This document shows positions 1-9,365 of a stretch of DNA of 64,000 nt, piece by piece. The position numbers and the translations under genes are program-made. Positions within the stretch are counted from its first letter, which is position 1, and each line of letters opens with the position of its first letter. The stretch is from Gammaproteobacteria bacterium. GTDB lineage: Bacteria > Pseudomonadota > Gammaproteobacteria > QNFE01. Below the pieces are notes generated by a model, which was given only the letters and a program-made list of their open reading frames with translations, had not been told where the DNA came from and ran no database searches. The stretch covers positions 3,840 through 67,839 of the forward strand of contig QNFE01000005.1 in the NCBI GenBank assembly GCA_003645455.1. The letters are read 5' to 3'.

Positions 1-1
1 C

Positions 2-1111
2 AAATTACTTTCAAAAAATGCTATCAATACTTGCCAAATATTACAGCAACACGGATTTTTTGCTTTCATAGTCGGTGGTAGCATTCGCGACATTCTATTA
101 GATTTAAAGCCAAAAGATTTTGACATTGCCACCGATGCCTATCCCGAGCAGATAAAAAAAATATTTCAAAGAAAATGTATCTTAATCGGCAAAAGATTTC
201 GCTTAGCCCATATCCGTTATAGAAATGAGTTGATTGAGGTAGCAACTTTCAGAGGGGATCATAAACAAACAGATAAAAACGGCAGAATAACTCGTGACAA
301 TAGCTTTGGCAGTCTTGATGAAGATGCTCACAGACGAGATTTTACCATCAATAGCCTGTATTATGATCCGGTTCGCAAAAAATTAATTGATAATATGGAA
401 GCAATACAAGACTTAGAAAAAAAACAAATCAAACTTATCGGCAAAAATAAAGACAGAATTATAGAGGATCCAGTGCGAATGTTAAGAGCAATGAGATTTA
501 TGGCAAAATTAGATTTTTATATTAACGATGAGTTTCACCAAGACATTCAAAATAATAAAAAACTCTTAGAAAATATTCCAGCAGCTCGTCTTTTTGAAGA
601 GTATAAAAAGTTTTTTCATACCGGGCATGCCTTAAAATCATATCAAAAATTAAAAGATTATAATTGCTTGATATATCTCTTTAAATATTCTCAAAATATA
701 AAAAATAATTTATTTATTGTCAATGCCTTGGAAAATAGCGATAATCGTTTTAAAAATAACTTACCATTGAGTGCAGGGTTTTTAATGGCAGTTTTTTTAT
801 TTCATCATTTTGAATTGCAACTTAAAAATTATAAAGGGACTGCCACCCATTATGAAAAAGTAGATGACATAGTTTATCATATCTTTAAAGCACAAAATAA
901 AATCTGTTCTGTGCCGAAGTTTTTTATCAGTATGATAAAAGAGATTTGGTATTTGCAACACAAAATGAGCCATTGCAACAGTAATAACATCAAAAGCATT
1001 CTAAAACAAAAATACTTCCGGGCTGCTTATGATTTTTTTATCCTAAGAGCCGTATCGGACCCTACCATCAAAGAGCAAGCCAAACTCTTAACTAACTCAC
1101 AACAAAACTAA
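2..1111 (+). CDS. pcnB: Poly(A) polymerase I, 5'-truncated by the window edge
   Basis: The frame is open from base 2 (KLLSKNAINTCQILQQHGFCAFIVGGSIRDILLDLKPKDFDIATDA...). It has the nucleotidyltransferase motifs VGGSIRD, DFDIAT, GKRFRLAH, IEVATFR, RRDFTINSLYY and EDPVRMLRA. The ORF-track start at 230 is internal. Confidence 0.92.
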   Translation, partial: KLLSKNAINTCQILQQHGFFAFIVGGSIRDILLDLKPKDFDIATDAYPEQIKKIFQRKCILIGKRFRLAHIRYRNELIEVATFRGDHKQTDKNGRITRDNSFGSLDEDAHRRDFTINSLYYDPVRKKLIDNMEAIQDLEKKQIKLIGKNKDRIIEDPVRMLRAMRFMAKLDFYINDEFHQDIQNNKKLLENIPAARLFEEYKKFFHTGHALKSYQKLKDYNCLIYLFKYSQNIKNNLFIVNALENSDNRFKNNLPLSAGFLMAVFLFHHFELQLKNYKGTATHYEKVDDIVYHIFKAQNKICSVPKFFISMIKEIWYLQHKMSHCNSNNIKSILKQKYFRAAYDFFILRAVSDPTIKEQAKLLTNSQQN

Positions 1112-1156
1112 TGTTTTTTACATCCTATAAACAGTGATTAATTTATGCAAAAATCT

Positions 1157-1936
1157 CTATAAACCAAAAAAATTTATTGCCGTATTTGTTGTTTGTTGGC
1201 ATATTTGATCATAGGTTTTATTGGTAATTTTTGCGATATATTTGGCAATATGAGGTAAATTTGCAGGAACATTACGATGATTTTTATTTTTTAAAGTTTT
1301 GGGGGTTAAATATGGGCTATCAGTTTCGATCATAAGTCTATTATTTGGGATAATTTTTAACTGCTCGTGCAAATGCTCTCCCCTTTTTTCATCACAAACC
1401 CAGCCGGTAATTCCAATATAAGCATCTTTTTTTATCAAAACTTCCAACTCATCTTTTGCTCCTGTCCAACAATGCACAACATATTTTGGGATATCTTTTA
1501 AGTATGGCTCAATAATTTTTATAAAATCATCAAATGAATCTCGTTGGTGTAAAAATAGCGGTTTTTGCAATTCACAAGACAACTCTAAAAACATTTTAAA
1601 ACAATCTATTTGTTTTTGTCTGGGAGAAAAATTACGAAAATAATCCAAACCGCACTCGCCGATGGCTTTTAAGTGGGGATTATTGATATTGTCTTTAATT
1701 GTTTTTATGTCTGACGATTTAAAATCTTTGGCATAATGCGGATGACAACCTGCGGTAACATATAATTGTGATAACGGATATTCATCGCATATTTTTAATG
1801 CCTGTTTATTGCTATCCCTATCCGCTCCGGTTATTATTATTTTTTTTACTCCAGATTTTTCTGCCTCATTTATGACATTTGTTAAATCTTTATCGAAACT
1901 TTTGTGGGTTAAATTTGCTCCAATATCTATTAACAT
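1157..1936 (-). CDS. tatD: TatD family DNase/metal-dependent hydrolase
   Basis: Motifs DIGANL, GCHPH, AIGECGLDY, LHQR, VHCWTG, ETDSPYL. Confidence 0.92.
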   Translation of the reverse strand: MLIDIGANLTHKSFDKDLTNVINEAEKSGVKKIIITGADRDSNKQALKICDEYPLSQLYVTAGCHPHYAKDFKSSDIKTIKDNINNPHLKAIGECGLDYFRNFSPRQKQIDCFKMFLELSCELQKPLFLHQRDSFDDFIKIIEPYLKDIPKYVVHCWTGAKDELEVLIKKDAYIGITGWVCDEKRGEHLHEQLKIIPNNRLMIETDSPYLTPKTLKNKNHRNVPANLPHIAKYIAKITNKTYDQICQQTTNTAINFFGL

Positions 1937-1954
1937 ATTTGTTGTAAAAAATAG

Positions 1955-2131
1955 ACTCCGTCATTGCGAGGCGGACGAAAAATGATGTAAAATCAGGTAA
2001 TTAAACCGCCGCGGCAATCTCCTCAACTGAAACGGAATTCAACAAGAAAACGGCTCTGCCACGAAATTGCCACGGCGGTTAATTGCTCTGTGTTCCTTTT
2101 TATTTACCGTCCGCCTCGCAATGACGGGAGT
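1955..2131. repeat. Nested palindromic element (GTCATTGCGAG...CTCGCAATGAC type, MITE/RPE-like)
   Basis: Outer inverted repeat ccgtcattgcgaggcggacg (1958-1977) / cgtccgcctcgcaatgacgg (2108-2127) is a perfect 20 bp. Inner inverted repeat 2004-2021 / 2063-2080 matches 16/18. GC-rich relative to its surroundings, with T-tracts outside both ends. Confidence 0.85.
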
Positions 2132-2178
2132 CCTTTTTTGCTTGATAAACGAAGCTAAAAAATGTTATTTTTATTTTG

Positions 2179-2676
2179 TTAAAGTTTAAATTTTTTAAGT
2201 AATTTGATTAGTTTTTTGCTTACTGTTCCTTGACTATACTTTCCTTTTTTTAACCAAGTTCCGCTTTTTCTTATGTATTTGTTTGTTTGCTCCCACAAAT
2301 CAACCAAATCATCATGCAAAAGCAAATACCAGTTATTGAACTGATCTGGAAAAACAATATATAAATTTTTACCCATGTATTTTTTAGCAATGGAAATTCT
2401 TGCTTTTTGTTGAACTTTAAGAGCATCACCGTTTATGTGAATTGCAAGAAAATCAGCCCCATTCCAGTCATCATTAAGGCGAGTTGAGATGTAACCATAG
2501 TTAGCCAACAAATTAGCAACTTTATAGAAATTATAATTTTCTTGCTGTTTTTTGTTTAGATTTTTATAATCTATTTTGTTTAAAACAAGATTAGAGTTTT
2601 TATTGCATGGGTTTTCTTCACAAGAACATGCAACCAAAGGAAAAAACAGCATTAAAGCCAATATTATTTTATTCAT
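2179..2676 (-). CDS. Hypothetical protein: lipoprotein-type signal peptide fused to a PD-(D/E)XK nuclease-like domain
   Basis: N-terminus MNKIILALMLFFPLVAC resembles a lipobox. The body contains LNDDWNGADFLAIH...KVQQK, a D...QxK arrangement typical of restriction-endonuclease-like folds. Confidence 0.55.
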   Translation of the reverse strand: MNKIILALMLFFPLVACSCEENPCNKNSNLVLNKIDYKNLNKKQQENYNFYKVANLLANYGYISTRLNDDWNGADFLAIHINGDALKVQQKARISIAKKYMGKNLYIVFPDQFNNWYLLLHDDLVDLWEQTNKYIRKSGTWLKKGKYSQGTVSKKLIKLLKKFKL

Positions 2677-2762
2677 AATTATTTATAGTAAAAAATTGTT
2701 ATTATAATACAAAATCAATTTTCACTGCAAAACTTATATAGTGTTTTTGGTGTAGTTGTGTC

Positions 2763-3590
2763 TTATAACAAGTCGCCTCGTTTGAAGGTGATATACCCTA
2801 TTACAGCAGAAATTGTGCCTAAGATAAATGGATATACTATCGCCCAAATGAGATACATTGTATTACCGAAGGTATCTAAGATTAAAAAAGCCGCAGGACC
2901 TATCAAAACAAGCTGTGAGTCAAAAAGCATCATTGAGGCGGTTCTGAAAACTTGCAATGGATTTAAAAGTGCAATGGTTATAACGGTATTTGGCATTGAG
3001 GTTTGTTGCATTATCAAACCTAAGAAGATTAAATCTAATAATAATAGCAACAATAACCATAAGAAAAAAGCGAACCCCTGGGCGACATCAACAGATTTAG
3101 CAAGAGTTGAGATTAACATACTCAAGCCTAAAAAACACCAACTAAGTGAGATTAAAAAAGACGTGTAGAAAAAAAAGATTTTCCACGGAATGTCATAACC
3201 GCTAATCCCACCGATAATTATAACTGGCAACATAGCGACAAATACTGGGATAAAAACTGTAAAAAAACGCCCGATCATCTTGCCCCAAAACCAAGCCGAA
3301 AGTGACACCGGAAGCGACAATAAATATTCAAAAACTCCGGCTTCTTTGTCCCCTGCCAAAGATCGCACCGTGCTAATTAACACAAAAATTGGCATAATTG
3401 CCATTGAAAGTTGAATATATGTAATCAGTAATCTTGAAAGACCGGTAAAACCTGTAACTCTTGATTCGGTCAACCCAAAAGCAAATAACATAACCATTAA
3501 GCCACCGAACACCAAAGAATAAACCAAGAACCATTTAGCTCGGATTGATTCATTTATATCTAACAAACAGGTTTGGATAAGTTGTTTCAT
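2763..3590 (-). CDS. nosY: NosY, ABC transporter permease for NosZ maturation
   Basis: Multi-pass membrane protein with DKEAGVFEYLLSLP and LNPLQVFRTA; last gene of the nos cluster. Confidence 0.9.
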   Translation of the reverse strand: MKQLIQTCLLDINESIRAKWFLVYSLVFGGLMVMLFAFGLTESRVTGFTGLSRLLITYIQLSMAIMPIFVLISTVRSLAGDKEAGVFEYLLSLPVSLSAWFWGKMIGRFFTVFIPVFVAMLPVIIIGGISGYDIPWKIFFFYTSFLISLSWCFLGLSMLISTLAKSVDVAQGFAFFLWLLLLLLLDLIFLGLIMQQTSMPNTVITIALLNPLQVFRTASMMLFDSQLVLIGPAAFLILDTFGNTMYLIWAIVYPFILGTISAVIGYITFKRGDLL

Positions 3591-4072
3591 TATTTTTTGT
3601 CCTTTAAAAGTTTTTGCCTTTTTTGATATTCTTCTCTTGCTCTTTTTAAGTTATAAGCCTCTTTGGCGATTATACCTTCTATCATTTTTTGATAATTTAT
3701 TGTGTTTTTAGTCTCTTTTGTGCTTGCACTAAACCCAAACTCCATTGGGGTATGGTTTTCTTTGATATAAAATGCTTTTTTTGCATCTATCCATTTTGCT
3801 GTTTCGTGATCATTGACCCATATTTCAAAATTAGGATTACTTTTAATTTTTTTATTTTCCTGTAACCATAAAACAGCATCCCCTATATCATCAAATTTAT
3901 GGACTTTGTGTTTTGATATTCTAATTTGGGCTGAATGGTAGTGGTCTGATAGTGCCATTTTACAACGGACACAAATATCTCTATCCCACTTTACCTCCAC
4001 GGGTCCTGACTCTGGCACCTCACTACAAGAGAGCAAAAAAAATGCCGATAAGATTATAAAAATTCGTTTCAT
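3590..4072 (-). CDS. nosL: NosL, copper-binding lipoprotein
   Basis: Lipobox LLSC, CxxCxM motif (CVRCKM), FDDIGDA and TPMEFG motifs. Confidence 0.9.
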   Translation of the reverse strand: MKRIFIILSAFFLLSCSEVPESGPVEVKWDRDICVRCKMALSDHYHSAQIRISKHKVHKFDDIGDAVLWLQENKKIKSNPNFEIWVNDHETAKWIDAKKAFYIKENHTPMEFGFSASTKETKNTINYQKMIEGIIAKEAYNLKRAREEYQKRQKLLKDKK

Positions 4073-4920
4073 TTTTCTGTGAGTTGTATTTCTTTGAGAC
4101 TTGATGCATAACGCGACACAAGGCTTAAAAATTTTAACCTATCTGCCCCTGCTATCTCTCCTTTAAAAGTTATTCCATCTTGTGATTTTTTTAAATTCCA
4201 GTCAATCAAATTTTTAGCAAAACTATCTGTTTTTTTATTAAAAGTCAAAGTGCATAATAGTTTTTGTGCCATATCTACATTATCTGATACCATATCATCT
4301 AATATAATTATCCCTTGATCTAATTCAATTACTCTATTTACTAAGGAGGCGACCTCATCCAAACGATGAGATGATATTAACATTATTGTGTCTTGTGGTT
4401 TTTGAGCTAAGATTTTAAACAGGACTGCTCTGGCTTGTGGGTCTAAGTTTGCCGCAGGCTCATCCATAATTAAAATCGGACAATCTCTGCCAAGTGCTAT
4501 GGCTATTAATAGTTTTTGTTTTTGTCCGCCTGATAATTTGAAAAACGGCTGTTTTTTTATTGGCAAAACATCTAAACCTAAATCTTTTGCTATTTTTATT
4601 ATATGGCTCTCTTTTGTTTGAGATATTTTGGCTGAAAATTCAATCAATGAACCTACTGGCATTTTCAAAGGTGGTGGCAGTTGTGGCACAAAACCGATAT
4701 TTTTTAATACATCTGTGCGATGGTGTCTTGGGTGTTTTTTATCAATTGATACCTCACCATCATAGGTATATTCTCCTAAAATACAACGAATCAAGGTTGT
4801 TTTGCCTGCACCATTTGAACCAATTAAGGCGATTTTTTCACCTTTTTTTATGGACAAATCAAGTTCTTTTAAAATTTTATTTTTTTTAAAAGATTTTACT
4901 AATTTTTTAATTTCTATCAT
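4069..4920 (-). CDS. nosF: NosF, ABC transporter ATPase
   Basis: Walker A GSNGAGKT, signature LSGGQKQK, Walker B LIMDEP; lies between nosH and nosL. Confidence 0.9.
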   Translation of the reverse strand: MIEIKKLVKSFKKNKILKELDLSIKKGEKIALIGSNGAGKTTLIRCILGEYTYDGEVSIDKKHPRHHRTDVLKNIGFVPQLPPPLKMPVGSLIEFSAKISQTKESHIIKIAKDLGLDVLPIKKQPFFKLSGGQKQKLLIAIALGRDCPILIMDEPAANLDPQARAVLFKILAQKPQDTIMLISSHRLDEVASLVNRVIELDQGIIILDDMVSDNVDMAQKLLCTLTFNKKTDSFAKNLIDWNLKKSQDGITFKGEIAGADRLKFLSLVSRYASSLKEIQLTEK

Positions 4921-4984
4921 AGTTTTTTATCAATTATTATTGTTGTTGTTTCTGTTATTTCTTTTTTAATTGTTATTTTGTCAT

Positions 4985-6043
4985 TTATTTTTTATCAACT
5001 TTTATTTTTTGCTTATTATTTTTAGGCTCCGGATCATTACAGGGATATTTTTCACGACTAATACCTTTAAATTTAAAAGTGAGGCTATTAGTCGGGCATA
5101 TATCCACACAAGCACCGCAGCGAGTGCAGTCAGGACCCAATTCTTGGTTTTCGTTAAAACTGCGATTTTTAATTGTCCACTCTAATACGTGAGGCACAAG
5201 ACACACCTTGCGACAGTCTCCCTCGTGCAGGCAATCATTGATATTGTAATTTACCCGAAAAATTGAAAAAATCCCTACAAAACCATAAGTTAAACCAATC
5301 GGGCAAACATACCGACACCACATTCTACGAGAATATAAAATCTCAATCATCAATAGAAAGACAACCCATAACAATACAAAAGTAGGTCCATAAATCAAAG
5401 CACGGCTTAAAATTCCAGTCGGTGATATGACCTCAAACACGGTATAACCTGTTAAAAATGCTAATAACAAAAATACGATATAAAAAACAGTGCGAACCTT
5501 GCGGTTAAAAGCATGGTCTGATACTATTCCTTTTTGGGCTAATTTAAGATGAATAAACTCAGCAAATTCGGCTATCAGATGATAGGGACATACCCACGAG
5601 CAAAAAGTTCGCCCGCCAAAGATTATCCACATTATTAAAACTGTGACAAAACCTATGACTAAGTTTATTAAAATCATTTTTGAGGCAAGAGTTATTTGTA
5701 AAGCGGAGTTTAAATCTGCCATATGAAAACCCATAAATCTGGATGCAGTTAATGCACCCTCTAAGACACTCATATCAAAAAAATAAGAGACCACAAACAA
5801 TAGATTTATAAATAATAAAGTCCCCCAACGGCGGTTTCGCCATTTGTTTTTATTCTTGCGATTTTTTTCTTTGGCTTTTTCAGCCTTTAAGAGTTTAATG
5901 ACCTCTGCACCTTTGGGTTTGTTTTCATATATCTGGATTACTCTCTCACTGATATCATTTTTTAAGGTTTTGCTGACAGACTTGCCGAGCATCAAACCTA
6001 CACAATAAAAAAAACCTGGTTTTTTTTGTTTTTTATCGCTCAT
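4985..6043 (-). CDS. nosH: NosH, NapH/MauN-type membrane polyferredoxin (quinol dehydrogenase membrane subunit)
   Basis: GGRTFCSWVCP and WCRYVCPIG (CxxxCP) motifs plus a CTRCGACVDICP 4Fe-4S motif. Start placed at MSDKK (6043), which gives an ATGA overlap with the nosG stop. Confidence 0.88.
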   Translation of the reverse strand: MSDKKQKKPGFFYCVGLMLGKSVSKTLKNDISERVIQIYENKPKGAEVIKLLKAEKAKEKNRKNKNKWRNRRWGTLLFINLLFVVSYFFDMSVLEGALTASRFMGFHMADLNSALQITLASKMILINLVIGFVTVLIMWIIFGGRTFCSWVCPYHLIAEFAEFIHLKLAQKGIVSDHAFNRKVRTVFYIVFLLLAFLTGYTVFEVISPTGILSRALIYGPTFVLLWVVFLLMIEILYSRRMWCRYVCPIGLTYGFVGIFSIFRVNYNINDCLHEGDCRKVCLVPHVLEWTIKNRSFNENQELGPDCTRCGACVDICPTNSLTFKFKGISREKYPCNDPEPKNNKQKIKVDKK

Positions 6044-6834
6044 TTCTCGCTCCATTCTACTCTTTCATCAATAACAATAGCAGGCTCCGGCAATGGACAT
6101 ACCATCTCACACACACCACAACCAACACAACCTTGTAGAACTGTTGGCACATATCTGTTGTTATCTTTTTTTACTAATTCTATAGCTTTATATGGCGGAC
6201 ATTGATTTTTATCATTTTGTGGTGGTTTGCCTGCCTCACATTGCAAACGACGAATTTCAAGCGGACACAAACGCACACATAAATCACAAATTTCTAAATC
6301 ATAATCTTGACTATTTATTTCCAAAGGATTCCAGCGATCAATTTCATCAAATCTTAATTTGCCACTATAACCTTCCTCTCTGATTTTACCCTTAAAACCT
6401 TTTCCTGCTACAGCAAGACAGGTTTTAGGGCTTGATAATCTTGCCAAGCCCATTCTAGTATCTGGCACATAGTTTAAATCGTGAGTTAAAGAACCCGTAG
6501 GACAAGCTAACACACATTGCAAACCATCACAAGAGAAGTCACAAGCCTGAACACGAGCATCAATATATGGAACGCCTGATCCTTGTCCGTCAAAAATATC
6601 TCCCAGAAATATTGCCTCTACCGGACAAACTTGGACACATTGACCACATTTTATACAACTTGCCAGATATAATTTTTCATCCAAAGCCCCAGGTGGGCGA
6701 AGCCTTGGAGCTGAATTAGTTAGAGTGGGGATTAAAGCTGCCAAAGATATGCCCGTTACCGAAGTTGCCAAAACTGTTGTTCTTAAAAACTCTCGTCTTG
6801 CCTTCTCTGCTCGGTTTAGTTTTTTATCACTCAT
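6040..6834 (-). CDS. nosG: NosG, NapG/MauM-type periplasmic polyferredoxin
   Basis: Tat motif ARREFL, LRPPGA, and four Cys clusters (CIKCGQCVQVCP, CDFSCDGLQCVLACP, CDLCVRLCP, CVGCGVCEMVCP). Confidence 0.88.
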   Translation of the reverse strand: MSDKKLNRAEKARREFLRTTVLATSVTGISLAALIPTLTNSAPRLRPPGALDEKLYLASCIKCGQCVQVCPVEAIFLGDIFDGQGSGVPYIDARVQACDFSCDGLQCVLACPTGSLTHDLNYVPDTRMGLARLSSPKTCLAVAGKGFKGKIREEGYSGKLRFDEIDRWNPLEINSQDYDLEICDLCVRLCPLEIRRLQCEAGKPPQNDKNQCPPYKAIELVKKDNNRYVPTVLQGCVGCGVCEMVCPLPEPAIVIDERVEWSEK

Positions 6835-8066
6835 AATTTTGTTTTGTCTTTCTTAAAAGGTTTTTTATCTCTTAATAATAATCGTGGCTCTGAAAATGGT
6901 GCCAATCTCTCCAAAAAATCTAAAACCTCTAATACCGGAGTTGCTTTGAAAAATTTTGCCATTGGCACATCTGCCCATATTCTATCAGCATAACTATATA
7001 ACTCATATGGGGTATCGCCTATGTTGTCATTATTGTTGTCAAAACCTTGATAGTCGTCCCAATAATTGCCATCCCATTCATTTTTGGTAGCACCGCCATT
7101 GCCATTTACCATCACTTGATTAATATTAGATTTAAAAATATTGTTTGAAATTTTATTGCCCCACCATGGGCTGTGAAATAAAAAACCTACTCCATTGAAG
7201 GCTATGAGATTATCTTTGACGATATTAAATGTATCTGGTTGGAAGGGTGAGTTATCGCTGAATAATCCGGTGGCACAATATAAAATTTTATTGCCAATTA
7301 TTTTGGAATCTGATGTTTCTTTGATACCGATTCCCATCCCTGTGACCCCTTGTGAGTTTGCTATATAATTATTTTTTATGGTGACACTATCGCTATACAT
7401 TAAAAAAATACCAACCGAGCCACCAACATAATAATTGTTTTCAACCAAATTTTCTTGAGCATACATAAAATGCAGGGAATATCTGCCACCTGTGGTTTTA
7501 TTGCCTGAGATTACATTGCCTTTGCTATACCATACCACCATATCACGAGCTCCGGTTATGATATTGTCTTTAATTTGATTATCAAAACTATACCAAAGAC
7601 GAATGGAATCCCCCTTCATGCCAAGGCTATTTGCTGATTTTGAACTTATTTTGTTGCGTTTTATTATGTTGTTTTTGGCTTGCCCTAAATCAATACCAAA
7701 CAAACATTCATCAATTACAACATTTTTTATGACATTAAAATTGCCCCGAACCATAACCCCCGAGTCAAGATCGTTATGAGATTCGCCGGAATTAGTGAGC
7801 CTTATATTTTTGATTGTGACACCGTCTGTTTTGATATGAATAACAGAGCCTTTGCCACCGCCATCAATTATAACCTTATTTCTGCCATCAATGGTAATAG
7901 ATTTAGTGATAACAACAGGTCCTGCATATCTACCCGCCTTAGGGCTTATGACATCGCCTTTTTGTGCATTATCTATCAATTTTTGAAAAGATGGTAATTG
8001 TATTGCATTTGTTGTGTTTACAACAAAACACAAAATAACCATAGAAAAAAACTGCCATCTATTCAT
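6831..8066 (-). CDS. nosD: NosD, periplasmic beta-helix maturation protein
   Basis: Signal peptide, parallel beta-helix repeats, GDSIRLWYS, RYSLHFMY, GNYWDDYQGFD, GDTPY. Confidence 0.93.
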   Translation of the reverse strand: MNRWQFFSMVILCFVVNTTNAIQLPSFQKLIDNAQKGDVISPKAGRYAGPVVITKSITIDGRNKVIIDGGGKGSVIHIKTDGVTIKNIRLTNSGESHNDLDSGVMVRGNFNVIKNVVIDECLFGIDLGQAKNNIIKRNKISSKSANSLGMKGDSIRLWYSFDNQIKDNIITGARDMVVWYSKGNVISGNKTTGGRYSLHFMYAQENLVENNYYVGGSVGIFLMYSDSVTIKNNYIANSQGVTGMGIGIKETSDSKIIGNKILYCATGLFSDNSPFQPDTFNIVKDNLIAFNGVGFLFHSPWWGNKISNNIFKSNINQVMVNGNGGATKNEWDGNYWDDYQGFDNNNDNIGDTPYELYSYADRIWADVPMAKFFKATPVLEVLDFLERLAPFSEPRLLLRDKKPFKKDKTKL

Positions 8067-8068
8067 TT

Positions 8069-9268
8069 TTAATGATTTTCTTTATAGCGTAACAATGCCA
8101 TCAAAGCAGTTAAAACTGCAACTAACATTATTAAACCAAAACCGTAGTCCGGATAGGAGTAGGTGGCAAACTGGGCTACTTTACCAACCCCAAAAACTGT
8201 TGGCATAAAAGGCTTAACGGTAAATGCTCCAAATTCTGACAAATTATGACCAAACCAATATAACCAACCGGCATAATCAGCCACAAAGAAAACTGGCAAC
8301 ATCATAGGCACTATAATAAGCAACCAGTAAATTTGTTTATATTTTAGCCCGCCTATAACAAGCAATAAAATAGCAAAAACTAATCCTGCAAAAACGACAA
8401 TCGTAGCATTTTTGATGATCTCAACTCGTTTGACATCTGGGATTGAATCTGTATGAGCAAACTTATCACAGGCTTGCATAAAATCTTTTTGAATTACATC
8501 AGTAGTTATATTGTCTTTATTTTTGAATTTTTTATATGTTTTGCTAAACACTCCCATTAATGCAGGATTATCCACCCCATTAGCACTTAAAACATCATTA
8601 AGGCTTAAAAATTCTTTATTTTGTGAGCTATATAATTTTAGATATTTCATTAGAGGTTCATATTTTTCACACTTTACTTCAACTGTGGGGAAGTATCGTG
8701 CCAAGGATTCGGCATAACTTCTTTGTATAACTTCTAATCCTGTTAGGTGATGCACTTCATTATCATCCAAATCCATCGTAGTTTGCACATCATTGAGATA
8801 TGGTGAAGATTGCATCTCTGCTCCGCCTTCGGTGAATAAAACCATAGTTGCCCACAGAATTATCAAACTTCCTGTCGACCCTAACCATATAGTTCGATAT
8901 TTTTTATCGGTCATTATAAAGCCTATAATCATAACCGCCAATAAGGCAAATATAAAAGGAGACATAGCTCGTTCCACAGGAGCTCCTGCGGCAATTGGAT
9001 ACATTCCTACATAATGGTTAATAGCATCCATCTCATGTTTGCAATTTAAAGCCTCATCTTCGGTAAGTTCAGCGGATTTAACCTTAGTGCAGCCGTTAAA
9101 TACTCCATTGACATGAAAATTAATCTTAATGCCGTCAGGAAAAGCTACTTCTGGATATTGGGGGGCTGTTAGGGATACCCACCAAACAGGGGAGAAGAAA
9201 ATAAAAAATAGGAGTGCAACTGCACTAGTTCCAAGCGAAGCTATAATAATATTTTGTTTTTTAAGCAT
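8069..9268 (-). CDS. nosB: NosB, clade II nos membrane protein
   Basis: WWVSLTAPQYPE...PDGI, HEMDAINHYVGM, WLYWFGHNL and PFMPTVFGVGKVAQFATYSYP motifs; sits between the cytochromes and nosD. Confidence 0.8.
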   Translation of the reverse strand: MLKKQNIIIASLGTSAVALLFFIFFSPVWWVSLTAPQYPEVAFPDGIKINFHVNGVFNGCTKVKSAELTEDEALNCKHEMDAINHYVGMYPIAAGAPVERAMSPFIFALLAVMIIGFIMTDKKYRTIWLGSTGSLIILWATMVLFTEGGAEMQSSPYLNDVQTTMDLDDNEVHHLTGLEVIQRSYAESLARYFPTVEVKCEKYEPLMKYLKLYSSQNKEFLSLNDVLSANGVDNPALMGVFSKTYKKFKNKDNITTDVIQKDFMQACDKFAHTDSIPDVKRVEIIKNATIVVFAGLVFAILLLVIGGLKYKQIYWLLIIVPMMLPVFFVADYAGWLYWFGHNLSEFGAFTVKPFMPTVFGVGKVAQFATYSYPDYGFGLIMLVAVLTALMALLRYKENH

Positions 9269-9318
9269 AGTGTATAATTTTAAAAATAATATTTATTACG
9301 AATAAAATAAAGATACAA

Positions 9319-9350
9319 AAAAAACAAGGGGCAAAAACCCCTTGTTTTTT
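9319..9350 (-). terminator. Rho-independent terminator-like hairpin between nosC2 and nosB
   Basis: 13 bp stem aaaaaacaagggg / ccccttgtttttt with a 6 nt loop, immediately after the nosC2 stop; T-tract on both strands. Confidence 0.7.
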
Positions 9351-9365
9351 ATAGGATTAGATTTT

